NCBI GenBank assembly: GCA_038143065.1
Contig: JAYQLI010000035.1
Coordinates: 2,112,894 to 2,176,893, forward strand
Origin: Rhodospirillales bacterium
GTDB lineage: Bacteria > Pseudomonadota > Alphaproteobacteria > Bin95
Direction of reading: 5' to 3'
DNA length: 64,000 nucleotides
A model generated the notes under the pieces. The model was not told the DNA's origin. It saw only the letters and a program-made list of their open reading frames with translations, and searched no databases. Positions 1-12,616 of the stretch are shown one piece after another (positions within the stretch are counted from its first letter, which is position 1; every line of letters starts with the position of its first letter). The position numbers and the translations under genes are program-made.

Positions 1-263
1 ACCATGCCATATCGAAGCCCTATCTGTACTGTTTTGGTATGATGTCCCTGATGTTCGCCTTCTCGAACGACATCGCGCCACCAGCCAAACATCACGCCTA
101 CTACGCAAAGTACTCCAATGATAAGAAGCCAATATGACTCAAGTCGCATTACCATGAGAGCACCTGCTGCAAGAACTAATCCTGCAAAAGCACCCAAAAA
201 TGGCCATGGGCTTGGGTCAACTAGGTGGAATGGATGTTTGGGCGCGGCGTGGCTATCGGCCAT
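1..263 (-). CDS. ctaE: Cytochrome c oxidase subunit III, 5' part (runs off window)
   Basis: Manual translation MADSHAAPKHPFHLVDPSPWPFLGA...WWRDVVREGEHQGHHT...GLRYGM; last visible gene of the cox operon. Confidence 0.95.
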   Translation of the reverse strand, partial: MADSHAAPKHPFHLVDPSPWPFLGAFAGLVLAAGALMVMRLESYWLLIIGVLCVVGVMFGWWRDVVREGEHQGHHTKTVQIGLRYGM

Positions 264-288
264 TTTTAAGCTCCTCGGCTAGTGCCGG

Positions 289-865
289 TTAATTCAACAG
301 CTTAGCCTGGACATTACCAGAGGTGACATCACGGGCTGGGAAAAAGTATAAGAAAGTGTTATCGATTTAACATCATCTAAATTGCGATCTTCTGATATCT
401 CAGGATCAATAAAGAAAGATACGGGAAAGTCCATAGTCTCCCCGGATTGGAGAACCTGCTCCTCAAAGCAGAAGCATTGTACTTTATTGAAGTAGATACC
501 TGCTTTTTGTGGGGTAACGTTGAAAACAGATGTACCTGTTAGCGCTTGGTGAGAGGTATTCGTCGCTTGGAAGAACACCAGATGCTCTTCGCCAGCCTTC
601 ACTGATATAGCGCTGCCAGATGGACGGAAAGACCAGTCAAGTTCTGGACTAATGTCAGTATTAAATCGGACTGTAAATTCACGGGCATCTTGCGGTGCAC
701 CTGGTGCCGCTTCAGCTCTTTGGGTTGTTCCACCATACCCTGTCACCCTGCAGAACAGGTCGTAAAGCGGTACGGACGCGTAAGAGAGCCCAATCATTCC
801 AACGACTACCCCAGCAAGAACTACAGCTAGTCGTCGGTTTTTTTGTTAGGCGCACTCTCAACCAT
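289..865 (-). CDS. ctaG: Cytochrome c oxidase assembly copper chaperone CtaG/Cox11 (two apparent homopolymer frameshifts)
   Basis: VPLYDLFCRVTGYGGT and YFNKVQCFCFEEQ motifs; ATG at 865 joins the ORF if one A is added to an A7 run; C-terminus also shifts at a T run. Confidence 0.93.
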
Positions 866-1035
866 CAACCTGCCCCTAGGCCGGCCTGAATCCGAACAAT
901 TGTCACGAGATAAAAGGTTGCCATCAAAGCAACAAGAGCCCCAAGAATTGCAAGGTTGCGAACACGTTTTCGACGATGCAATGCGCTGTTCCTAGGAGAA
1001 ATATCTGAACGCTTAGACGGACGAGCTAGAGGCAT
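865..1035 (-). CDS. Small membrane protein of the cox operon (CoxF-like), 56 aa, absent from ORF track
   Basis: MPLARPSKRSDISPRNSALHRRKRVRNLAILGALVALMATFYLVTIVRIQAGLGAG; basic patch plus TM helix; stop overlaps ctaG start; position between ctaB and ctaG is typical of Alphaproteobacteria. Confidence 0.8.
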   Translation of the reverse strand: MPLARPSKRSDISPRNSALHRRKRVRNLAILGALVALMATFYLVTIVRIQAGLGAG

Positions 1036-1037
1036 AG

Positions 1038-1949
1038 TCAACCACCTAGAATGGCGTGATCCGCAATTAGACCACCAAGAAGCAAGAAAAGATAAAGGAT
1101 CGAAAATCCAAAGAGACGTTTTGCATCCCGATCATCGTCGCTCTGAAACAGCCGATACGCCATTCCAACAAACAGTGCCCCTAATATAGCCGCAAACCCA
1201 CCGTATGCGATGCTAGACAGGCCAACTGTCGTAGGTGTTATACCGATTGGCGCTAGAATAAGACTGTAAATAAGAATTTGTTTTCGAGTTTCCGTCCGAC
1301 CAGCAACAACTGGTAGCATTGGTACACCAGCGGCAGCGTAATCATTTGCCCTGTAAAGGGCCAGTGCCCAAAAGTGTGGGGGTGTCCAGAAAAAGATAAT
1401 CAGAAAAAGTACGAACGAGCCTACTGTTACATCTCCAGTAACAGCAGCCCATCCAATCATTGGTGGAAAGGCACCCGCAGCCCCTCCGATAACAATATTT
1501 TGAGCCGTGCTGCGTTTCAGCCACATTGTGTAAACAAAAATATAGAAGCCAATAGTCAAAGCTAATAAAGCAGATGCTGCCCAGTTCACTGCTAATCCCA
1601 TCAAAGCGATGGAGCCTACTGCAAGAATGCAGCCAAATCCTAGGGCTGTTGTCTTATCAATGAGACCGGCAGGAATTGGGCGTCTGGCCGTTCGTGACAT
1701 TGTGGCGTCGATATCTGCATCGTACCACATATTAATTGCGCCAGATGCACCAGCGCCAATTGCAATGCATAGAATTGCTACGACAGCCAACACAGGGTGG
1801 AGTGACCCAGGTGCAACGAACAGCCCGGCTGCTCCGGAAAATACGACCAGAGACATTACGCGAGGTTTTAGCAAAGCCAGAAAATCCCGAACGCTGGGGT
1901 CAGCGCTCGGGGTTTCGGTTAAGGCTGAGACAACTGTCGCTTCGGCCAT
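1038..1949 (-). CDS. ctaB: Protoheme IX farnesyltransferase (heme O synthase)
   Basis: [44 protein letters not shown] motifs. Confidence 0.97.
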   Translation of the reverse strand: MAEATVVSALTETPSADPSVRDFLALLKPRVMSLVVFSGAAGLFVAPGSLHPVLAVVAILCIAIGAGASGAINMWYDADIDATMSRTARRPIPAGLIDKTTALGFGCILAVGSIALMGLAVNWAASALLALTIGFYIFVYTMWLKRSTAQNIVIGGAAGAFPPMIGWAAVTGDVTVGSFVLFLIIFFWTPPHFWALALYRANDYAAAGVPMLPVVAGRTETRKQILIYSLILAPIGITPTTVGLSSIAYGGFAAILGALFVGMAYRLFQSDDDRDAKRLFGFSILYLFLLLGGLIADHAILGG

Positions 1950-1985
1950 TGGCTTTCGTCTGAGCTCGCTTAGCTCCGCGGCGCG

Positions 1986-4524
<2,539 letters not shown>

Positions 4525-4629
4525 ACGGTCTGCCTCACTTCCACAACTGTCCGTACAAGATCAACCTAACGGGACATACGATTTTAATAACCTATTCGCT
4601 ACACTATTCAGCCACTTTTTGGAACCTAT

Positions 4630-4644
4630 GCGACTGGTTGTCGC
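4630..4644. promoter_or_regulatory. Putative RegA/PrrA/RegR-type binding site upstream of cox operon
   Basis: Inverted repeat GCGAC-TGGTT-GTCGC matching GCGNC-N5-GNCGC, about 105 nt upstream of ctaC. Confidence 0.6.
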
Positions 4645-4746
4645 TAAAATTTCGGCACACATTAAGTCTCTACAAATTCCATCTATGGTTAGAGATGTAT
4701 CTGCATTTCAGAGTCGTCAATGCTTACCGACTTAGGAGGGGATATA

Positions 4747-6180
4747 ATGAACCCTACTTTAGAAACGAACCGGCTTTTTTTTGATGAGACCGAGCTAACG
4801 AATGAACAGGCACGCCAACGTTTGTCAGAGGGAATCGCCGGAGCGGATGACGGCGAGCTGTTTTTGGAGCGGCGCACGACAGAAAGCCTAGTTTTTGATG
4901 ATGGACGACTGAGATCGGCCAATCATGACATCTCGCAAGGTTTTGGAATGAGAGCAGTTGCAGAAGAGTTTGTAGCATATGCTCATGGGGGAGAGTTATC
5001 TGACGCTGCGCTTGCAAAGGCTGCCGAGACAGCCCGAGAGGCAGGTAAGGGCCGAGAGGGTAGTAAGAATTTTGGCCCCGCCTTAGTTAATCATACCCTT
5101 TATGGACATAGCGACCCCACTGTTCAGCCCAAATTTGCCGTCAAAGTTGGGATTCTTGAGCAAATTGATGCTTATTTACGCGCCAAGGACCCCGCAGTCG
5201 TTCAGGTTTCAGCTTCAATTACTGCCGAATTGCAAGCAATTAAAATTCTTAGAGCAAATGGCGACGAAGTATCCGATGTACGCCCGTTAGTTAGAGTCAA
5301 TGTTCAGGTGACTGTCCGAAAAGGTGAACGAATGGAAATTGGTTCAGACGGTCGTGGTGGTAGGCTTCCACTTGCTGAATTTCTTGAAGCCAATTCTTGG
5401 CGCGCTTCCGCTGATGAAGCACTTCGTCAGGCCCTTATCAAACTTGATGCCATCCCTGCTCCAGCAGGAGAAATGACGGTAGTTCTAGGACCAGGTTGGC
5501 CAGGTGTTATGTTGCATGAGGCAGTCGGCCACGGTCTTGAAGGAGATTTCAATCGGAAGGGTTCATCCGCATTTTCCGGACTTATGGGTGAAATGGTGGC
5601 GGCGAAGGGCGTTACAGTAGTTGATGATGGAACGATTGAAGCGCGCCGTGGATCCTTAAACTTTGACGATGAGGGCACACCTACTCAGCGTAATGTTTTG
5701 ATAGAAGACGGCCGCCTTGTAGGTTACATGCAGGATCGGATGAATGCTCGGCTTATGGGAGTTCATCCAACAGGCAATGGCCGGCGTCAGTCCTATGCGC
5801 ACCAGCCAATGCCTCGCATGACGAACACCTTTATGGTGGGCGGTAATTTGGACCCAGAAGACATCATCGCTTCCGTTGATAGGGGCGTTTACGCTGTTAA
5901 CTTTGGTGGTGGCCAGGTCGATATCACCAGCGGTAAATATGTCTTCTCTGCTTCTGAGGCCTATATGATTGAAGGTGGCAAGGTAACTGCACCTATCAAA
6001 GGCGCTACGCTGATTGGTGACGGTCCTGAATCGATGAAGCGCGTGTCCATGATAGGTAACGATATGGCTTTGGATGCAGGCATTGGAGTGTGCGGTAAGT
6101 CTGGGCAAGGTGTGCCAGTAGGTGTTGGTCAGCCAACCCTAAAAATGGACGGTGTTACGATAGGCGGAACAGCGGCCTAA
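4747..6180 (+). CDS. tldD: Metalloprotease TldD
   Basis: GWPGVMLHEAVGHGLEGDFNRK, PMPRMTNT, CGKSGQGVPVGVGQP; RBS AGGAGG before ATG 4747; divergent from ctaC. Confidence 0.97.
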   Translation: MNPTLETNRLFFDETELTNEQARQRLSEGIAGADDGELFLERRTTESLVFDDGRLRSANHDISQGFGMRAVAEEFVAYAHGGELSDAALAKAAETAREAGKGREGSKNFGPALVNHTLYGHSDPTVQPKFAVKVGILEQIDAYLRAKDPAVVQVSASITAELQAIKILRANGDEVSDVRPLVRVNVQVTVRKGERMEIGSDGRGGRLPLAEFLEANSWRASADEALRQALIKLDAIPAPAGEMTVVLGPGWPGVMLHEAVGHGLEGDFNRKGSSAFSGLMGEMVAAKGVTVVDDGTIEARRGSLNFDDEGTPTQRNVLIEDGRLVGYMQDRMNARLMGVHPTGNGRRQSYAHQPMPRMTNTFMVGGNLDPEDIIASVDRGVYAVNFGGGQVDITSGKYVFSASEAYMIEGGKVTAPIKGATLIGDGPESMKRVSMIGNDMALDAGIGVCGKSGQGVPVGVGQPTLKMDGVTIGGTAA

Positions 6181-6186
6181 TTGTTT

Positions 6187-7296
6187 TTAAAGCCCTTTCA
6201 AAGAATCCAGGGTCTGTCTCGTGGTTTCAATGATTTCGCTAAAGATCTCTGCAGCTGGTCGTTTGCTTTGTATACCCCCGGCACCCTGACCTCCAGCATT
6301 CATGGTGATTTCAAATCGGCCTGCAGTCATGGCGGCTTCTTTAAAATCTTCCATTAATACCCTTTGGTGTGGGGTTGGGAGTGCGGGAAGGCCACTATCA
6401 CTCCAGGCTTGTGACACTGCATTGTGAACGGCGCGGATGGGTTTGCCTGTCCAGTAGGGTGATATGCGCATATCACCCGTTGATGCATTGACCAATTGGT
6501 CTTTCAGCGACTCGGGCAATCCTCCTTCATTCGCAACAAGGAAGGCCGTCCCTATCCACGCACCTTGCGCCCCAAGAGCTAAACTCGCCGCAACCCCTCT
6601 ACCGTCATATATTCCACCCGCCGCGAGCACAGGAATATCTCCCGCAGCATCAACAACCTGAGGTAAAAGCGCAAAATTGGCGATTGCGCCGGTATGGCCG
6701 CCCCCCTCTGTGCCTTGAGCAACAATCACGTCAACACCCGCCTTAACCTGGCGAATGGCATTGCGTGGTGATCCGCAAACACCCATTACTTTCATGCCGA
6801 CCTCGCGGGCTTCTGGCACGACAATTGCCGGGTCACCAAGTCCTGCAGCGAAAACTGGCACTCTCGCATTTAAGGTAACTTCAATCTGCTCCTGGATGAG
6901 TTTGGTGGAAATAACGTGATCTTCTTGGAATGGGCGCTCTGGAAGTCCGAATGTTTGATGTAATTTAGTGAGAAATGCCCAATGTTCGGGATGTTTTTCT
7001 CTTATTTCTCTCCTTACTGCCGCTCGACTGCCTGAAGCCTGAGCGAGGGAAGCAGGAAGCAGAAGGTCGACGCCAAAAGGTTTATCTGTCAGTAAACGCA
7101 CAGCAGCTATCCGGCGATCAATTTCCGCAGCTGGAAGATTGGAGCAGCCAAGGACCCCCAAACCACCTGCATTTGAGACAGCCGCTACGAGCTCAGGTGG
7201 CGTTCCCATACCCCATGAACCCATCCCAGCTAGAACGATTGGGTACTCAATCTCGAGAAGGTCGCATATGGGGGTGTGGAGAATGGTCATTATCAA
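6187..7296 (-). CDS. Nitronate monooxygenase/FabK-like flavoprotein
   Basis: PIVLAGMG, AVSNAGGLG, AQGTEGGGH, PVLAAGGIYDGRG, GAWIGTAF. Confidence 0.85.
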   Translation of the reverse strand: MIMTILHTPICDLLEIEYPIVLAGMGSWGMGTPPELVAAVSNAGGLGVLGCSNLPAAEIDRRIAAVRLLTDKPFGVDLLLPASLAQASGSRAAVRREIREKHPEHWAFLTKLHQTFGLPERPFQEDHVISTKLIQEQIEVTLNARVPVFAAGLGDPAIVVPEAREVGMKVMGVCGSPRNAIRQVKAGVDVIVAQGTEGGGHTGAIANFALLPQVVDAAGDIPVLAAGGIYDGRGVAASLALGAQGAWIGTAFLVANEGGLPESLKDQLVNASTGDMRISPYWTGKPIRAVHNAVSQAWSDSGLPALPTPHQRVLMEDFKEAAMTAGRFEITMNAGGQGAGGIQSKRPAAEIFSEIIETTRQTLDSLKGL

Positions 7297-7457
7297 AATC
7301 TCGAAAACAATCTAAACGACAGATTAATTGTCGCTGACTTTTTAATGTAAGCAAATTAACAATTTTTTGAGCTTGAATAAATGTGCAGCGCAAATGCAGA
7401 ACCTTCTTTGCCACATTTATCCAATTAATTTCCCCAAGCTTGCAGTACTGATTGATT

Positions 7458-8279
7458 TTACCCGTCTAGCCGAGCGCGAATGGCGCGAAGATCCTGCCAG
7501 GCTTGTTTTTTGCGCCGGCTGACGCAGCAGGAATGCAGGGTGGAATGTAGGCAAGGCTGGGATAGATAGGCCACTAGGTTCATCGCGCGTTTGGAAATCA
7601 ATCCATCGACCGCGGAGGCGAGTTATGCCAGTCGTCTCATTCAGTAAGCTTTGAGCAGCTGGTCCACCAAGAAGCACTAGCACTTTTGGACCAATCAGCT
7701 CAATTTGTCTCAACAAGAAGGGTAGAGTCGCATTTCGTTCTTCTGGTGTAGGCGTTCTGTTTCCAGGTGGACGCCAGTACAAGGTATTGGTCACGTACAC
7801 TTCTGACCGATTAAGGCCGATAGAGGCCAACATTCGGTCGAGTAATTTTCCACTAGGCCCAACAAATGGGATTCCTTGACGATCTTCTTCAGCGCCAGGA
7901 GCTTCGCCAATCAACATTAATTTTGCTGCCAGTGCTCCATCACCAAAAACTGTATTTGTAGCAAAGCGCTTGAGCGTCCCACCGTCAAAACCTTCAAGGC
8001 ATTGGCGAAGCTCTTCTAGAGTTGATACGCTTTTAAGGTCTTCGAAAGAGGTTTTTAATTGCCCTGAGTCGGCTAGCCTTACCGGGGAGTGGAATCGTTA
8101 AAACGTGTTTGGGCCAGTGATTTAGCCCCAAGTTTTTCCGTAGCTGGTGGATCTGAACTTTCAAAACGGTTCCAAGGAACCTCTTGAACGACGTCGGTTG
8201 CTCCTGCCTCAACTTGCCAACGCAACATTGAAAGCAACGTTTGCCGGTCTAGTCCGTCTATTGATTCGTTCGCCACCAT
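7458..8279 (-). CDS. Uracil-DNA glycosylase family 4 (two apparent frameshifts)
   Basis: IGEAPGAEED, PFVGPSG, WRPPGNRTP, TFHPAFLLR; alphaproteobacterial N-terminal LRWQVEAG segment. Confidence 0.9.
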
Positions 8280-8379
8280 GGCGCTGTTATAACTCCTGCC
8301 CTATCTTTAAAACATATGTATACTTTAGGTTGATGCGTTAGCGTCGCCAAGTAACTGTACTGGGAGAGATAGGAGCGTC

Positions 8380-10024
8380 ATGGAACGGGAGAGTATGGAG
8401 TTTGATGTCGTCATTGTTGGTGGAGGGCCCGCGGGACTGTCAGCAGCAATCCGTCTAAAACAACTCGCGGCCGAGTCAGGTAGTGACATTAGCGTTTGCT
8501 TGCTCGAAAAGGGCTCTGAAATCGGTGCGCACATTCTTTCTGGTGCTGTGCTTGATCCGCGCGCATTAAATGAGCTTTTACCCAATTGGAAGGAATTAGG
8601 AGCACCGCTTAACACGCCAGTGAAACGCGACAAGTTTTTATTCTTAGATAAGAAGGGTGGCTTTCGGGTTCCTGAGTTCGCAATGATGCCAGCAATGAAA
8701 AACCATGGGAATTTCATTGTCAGTCTAGCAAACGTTTGCCGCTGGCTGGGTGAGCAAGCAGAAAGCGTTGGAGTTGAGATTTATCCGGGCTTCGCAGCCG
8801 CTGAGGTGTTATTTCACAGCGATGGCTCAGTCAAAGGCGTTGCCACCGGGGATATGGGAATAGGAAAGGATGGAGAGCCTAAGGCTGGTCATGAACCAGG
8901 CATTGAACTCCATGCTAAATATACTTTCTTTGCCGAGGGGTGCAGGAGGCCATCTTGGCAAGCAGCTCATGGAAACATTTAATCTTCGAGATGAAGCCCA
9001 GCCACAAACCTATGGAATAGGTATTAAGGAGTTATGGGAAGTAGATCCGGAGAAGCATGAGCAAGGTCTAGTCATGCACACCGCTGGGTACCCCATGGAT
9101 CGAAATACGTATGGGGGATCATTTCTTTACCATCTTGAAAACAATCAAGTGGCATTAGGATTTGTAATTGGCCTCGATTACGAGAACCCATACCTTTCAC
9201 CCTACGATGAGTTTCAACGCTGGAAATCTCATCCAGTTATCAAGCAAACCTTAAAAGGAGGTAAGCGCATAGCTTATGGTGCGCGTGCATTAAACGAGGG
9301 TGGCGTCCAATCTCTTCCAAAATTGGTATTTCCGGGAGGTTGTTTGATCGGATGTGATGCAGGCTTCCTAAACATGCCCAGGATCAAGGGAAGTCATGCC
9401 GCCATGAAGACAGGCATGCTGGCGGCAGAGGCTGCTTTTGAGCGTGTTTCAAAGGGTTCAGAGGGCCGAGATGAATTGACAGAATACCCAGAGGCTTATC
9501 GGGCTTCTTGGTTACATAAGGAACTTTGGTTGGCTAGAAATGTTCGACCAGCATTCAAGTGGGGCCTGATTGGTGGTACCCTGTATGCAGGGATTGACCA
9601 AGTGCTCCTGCGTGGTCGTGCTCCTTGGACATTGTCGCACCACGGTCCTGACCATGCTGCGATCAAGCCAAAATCAGAATTTAAACCAATTGATTATCCG
9701 AAATATGATGGTGAGATTACTTTCGACAAACCATCTTCTGTGTATTTGTCTGCGACCAATCATGAAGAGGATCAGCCAGTACACCTGACCTTGAAAGATC
9801 CATCGGTACCAATTCAAACAAACCTCGAATTGTATGATGCGCCAGAACAACGATATTGCCCGGCGGGGGTGTATGAGATTGTTGCTGACAATGGAGAGCC
9901 GAGATTGCAGATAAATGCTCAGAACTGCGTTCACTGCAAAACCTGCGATATTAAGGACCCAACTCAGAATATTGTTTGGGTAACACCAGAAGGTGGTGGA
10001 GGACCAAATTACCCTAACATGTGA
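8380..10024 (+). CDS. Electron transfer flavoprotein-ubiquinone oxidoreductase (one frameshift near 8945)
   Basis: GGGPAGL FAD motif, GAHILSGA, 4Fe-4S motifs CPAGVYE and [13 protein letters not shown]. Confidence 0.96.
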
Positions 10025-10031
10025 TCGTTCT

Positions 10032-11714
10032 ATGGGACGTTTACTTTTTCTCTATTCTTTTTGGCCTTCGGCGTCGCGACGCAAACAATTTGTTCTGCTT
10101 CTGCGGCGCCAGCGGGGTTTGCTTCTGCTTATCTCTCCGGATTAGTAGCTGAGCAAAGAGGAGAAATCGGCAGAGCCTCTACTTACTTCGCACACGCTCA
10201 AGAGACTGCACCAGAAACACCAATGCTCCAAAGGCGTGTTATGCGTTTGCAGCTTTTGGAAGGCCAATTTGATTCGGCAGCGGAAGCAGCCCGTCTTATG
10301 GCCAAATCAGGTGACGATAACTTTCCTACAACACTTATTCGTTTAGTAGATTTCCTTAGAGATGGAAACTTTAAGGGTGCCCTCAATCTCGTAAACAGGC
10401 CAGGGTCTAATGGTCTTTCCCCTGTGGTTACGGTTCTGGCAACGGCTTGGTCACAAGCGGGAGAGGGTAAGGTTGATGAAGCGATTAAGGTCCTTACTGA
10501 TTCAGCTAAGGAAAATCCGGATTTACAAACATTATTTTTATTGCACGCTGCTTTTTGGCAGAACAAGCCACTCGTTTAGATATTGCTCGATGGCTGTATG
10601 AAGAATCCCTTTCAGCAGCCGAAGCTAAGAAACAGACTATTTCACCTCGATTAATTCATGCTGTTTCCGGATTCTTTGATAGGAGGGGCATGTCAACAGA
10701 AGCGGCAGAGGTGCGCGCAAAAGGATTTTCTTCCCTCGACATTATGTCACCAGCACAGTCAATTGTTACATCTCCTACTGAAGGCTTCGCAGAAGCGTTA
10801 TTCAATATTGCTGGAAGTCTCTATGGAGACCGGCAATACATACAGGCTCTGAGCTATACTAGATTATCGGAAGTTCTTCGGCCGAATGATCCATCTGTGC
10901 GTTTTACAACAGCGCAAATTTTAGAAGCTTTAGGCAGATATATGGACGCGGTTAAAGCTTATGAATTGGTTCCAAAAGTAGGGTCATACGGCTGGCAATC
11001 TAGGCTGCGTCTGGCGGAAAGTCTTTCAGACGCCGGCGATAGTGAAGGCGCTATAAACGCGATGCGCCATCTGCTCGATATGGAGCCAGATGAGCCTCAG
11101 GTAGCGTTAACGCTTGGAAATATCCTGCGCGCCCATAATTACTTTCCTGAGGCTGTAAAAGCTTACGATGAGGCTGTTCGTCGTCAGGCAAAACTTGGTA
11201 AAATTGATGCGTGGCTTCACTACGCGCGAGGTGTTGCGCTTGATCGTTCAGGTCGTTGGCCTGAGGCAGAAAAAGAATTTCTCGAATCTCTCAAGACGCT
11301 ATCAGAAGAGCCATTGATATTGAATTATCTCGGCTACAGCTGGATTGATCGTGGAGAAAATATAGAGCGTGCATACGGCATGGTTTCTCGCGCAGTAGAA
11401 TTAAGACCGGATGATGGTTTCATTCGTGATAGCCTTGGCTGGGCAGAGTTCGAACTGGGAAATTTGAAAAGGCGGTTATTACGTTAGAGCTGGCCATTGA
11501 AATGCAGCCTATTGATCCCGTCATTAACGAACACTTGGGCGACGCTTATTGGCAGGTAGGTCGCTTCCGTGAAGCTCGCTTCCAATGGAGGCGCGCACTC
11601 TCGTTTGAGCCTGAGGATAAGCAAGTTTCAATAATCGAAACAAAATTAAAGTGTGGAATCGATGGCTGTCCAACCCCTATCGATGCCAGTAACAAGAGCG
11701 ATAATGGTAACTAA
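10032..11714 (+). CDS. Exported tetratricopeptide-repeat protein (three apparent frameshifts)
   Basis: Signal-like N-terminus; LNYLGYSW, DSLGW, EHLGDAYWQVGR; conserved ETF-QO/TPR/ispE order. Confidence 0.88.
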
Positions 11715-12578
11715 AGGCAGTTGGCAAATTTCACGGGCTCCTGCAAAGGTAAATCTTAGTCTTAAGGTTGTGGGGCGCCGAGCTGATGGCTATCACTTGC
11801 TTGATAGCATCGTCGTATTTTCAAATTTTGGAGATCATCTGGCGCTTAAGCCTACACTATCTGCGCCAACTCTAAGTATTAGAGGGCCATTCGCGGCTAA
11901 CCTTGAAAGTTCCCCAGAGAATAACTTGGCCTTCTTAGCAGATCGTGCATTTGCTGAGGCATTTGGCGGCACTCGTTGTGACATACGACTCTGGAAACGC
12001 TTGCCAACGGCAGCAGGCATCGGTGGTGGCTCTGCCGACGCTGCAGCGGTCTTGCGCTTAAAGGCCAAGCTAGCTGGAATACCTTTAAATGATACCGACC
12101 TTAACATGGTTGCTCTTTCATTGGGCGCTGATGTTCCAATGTGCTTGCGGGGTAGATCGGCGCGTGTGGGGGTGTTGGGGAAACACTGATTGAAGCCCCT
12201 ATGATGCCTGCGCTTCCTTCAGTATTGGTGAATCCAGGAGTGATGCTTCCAACACCGTCGGTCTTCAAACTGCGATCTGGTCCTTTTTCAACTTCAACAA
12301 CGCTGCCCGAGGCTTGGAATGATTTGTGTGAGGTTTCGGAAGCCGTTAATGACCTTGGGAATGACTTAATGCAGGCGGCTATTCACATAGAGCCTGTCAT
12401 AAAAGAAGTTTTGTCAAACCTCAAAGCAATGGCAGGCCTAAATGTGGCCTCAATGAGCGGCTCCGGTGCTACATGTTTTGGTTTATTTGATGATTTAAAA
12501 TCTGCACGCCAGGCTGCACGCGCACTTAAACGTCGATGGCCAGGCTGGTGGGTTGCTGAGATGGTATTGAATCCATAA
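11704..12578 (+). CDS. ispE: 4-diphosphocytidyl-2C-methyl-D-erythritol kinase (frameshift in G run near 12170)
   Basis: APAKVNL, GYHLLDS, AAGIGGGSADAA, LGADVP, MSGSGATCF. Confidence 0.95.
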
Positions 12579-12616
12579 TACTTACTTCGAGATTCTTTAA
12601 GGTAGCAGTAAATTAG

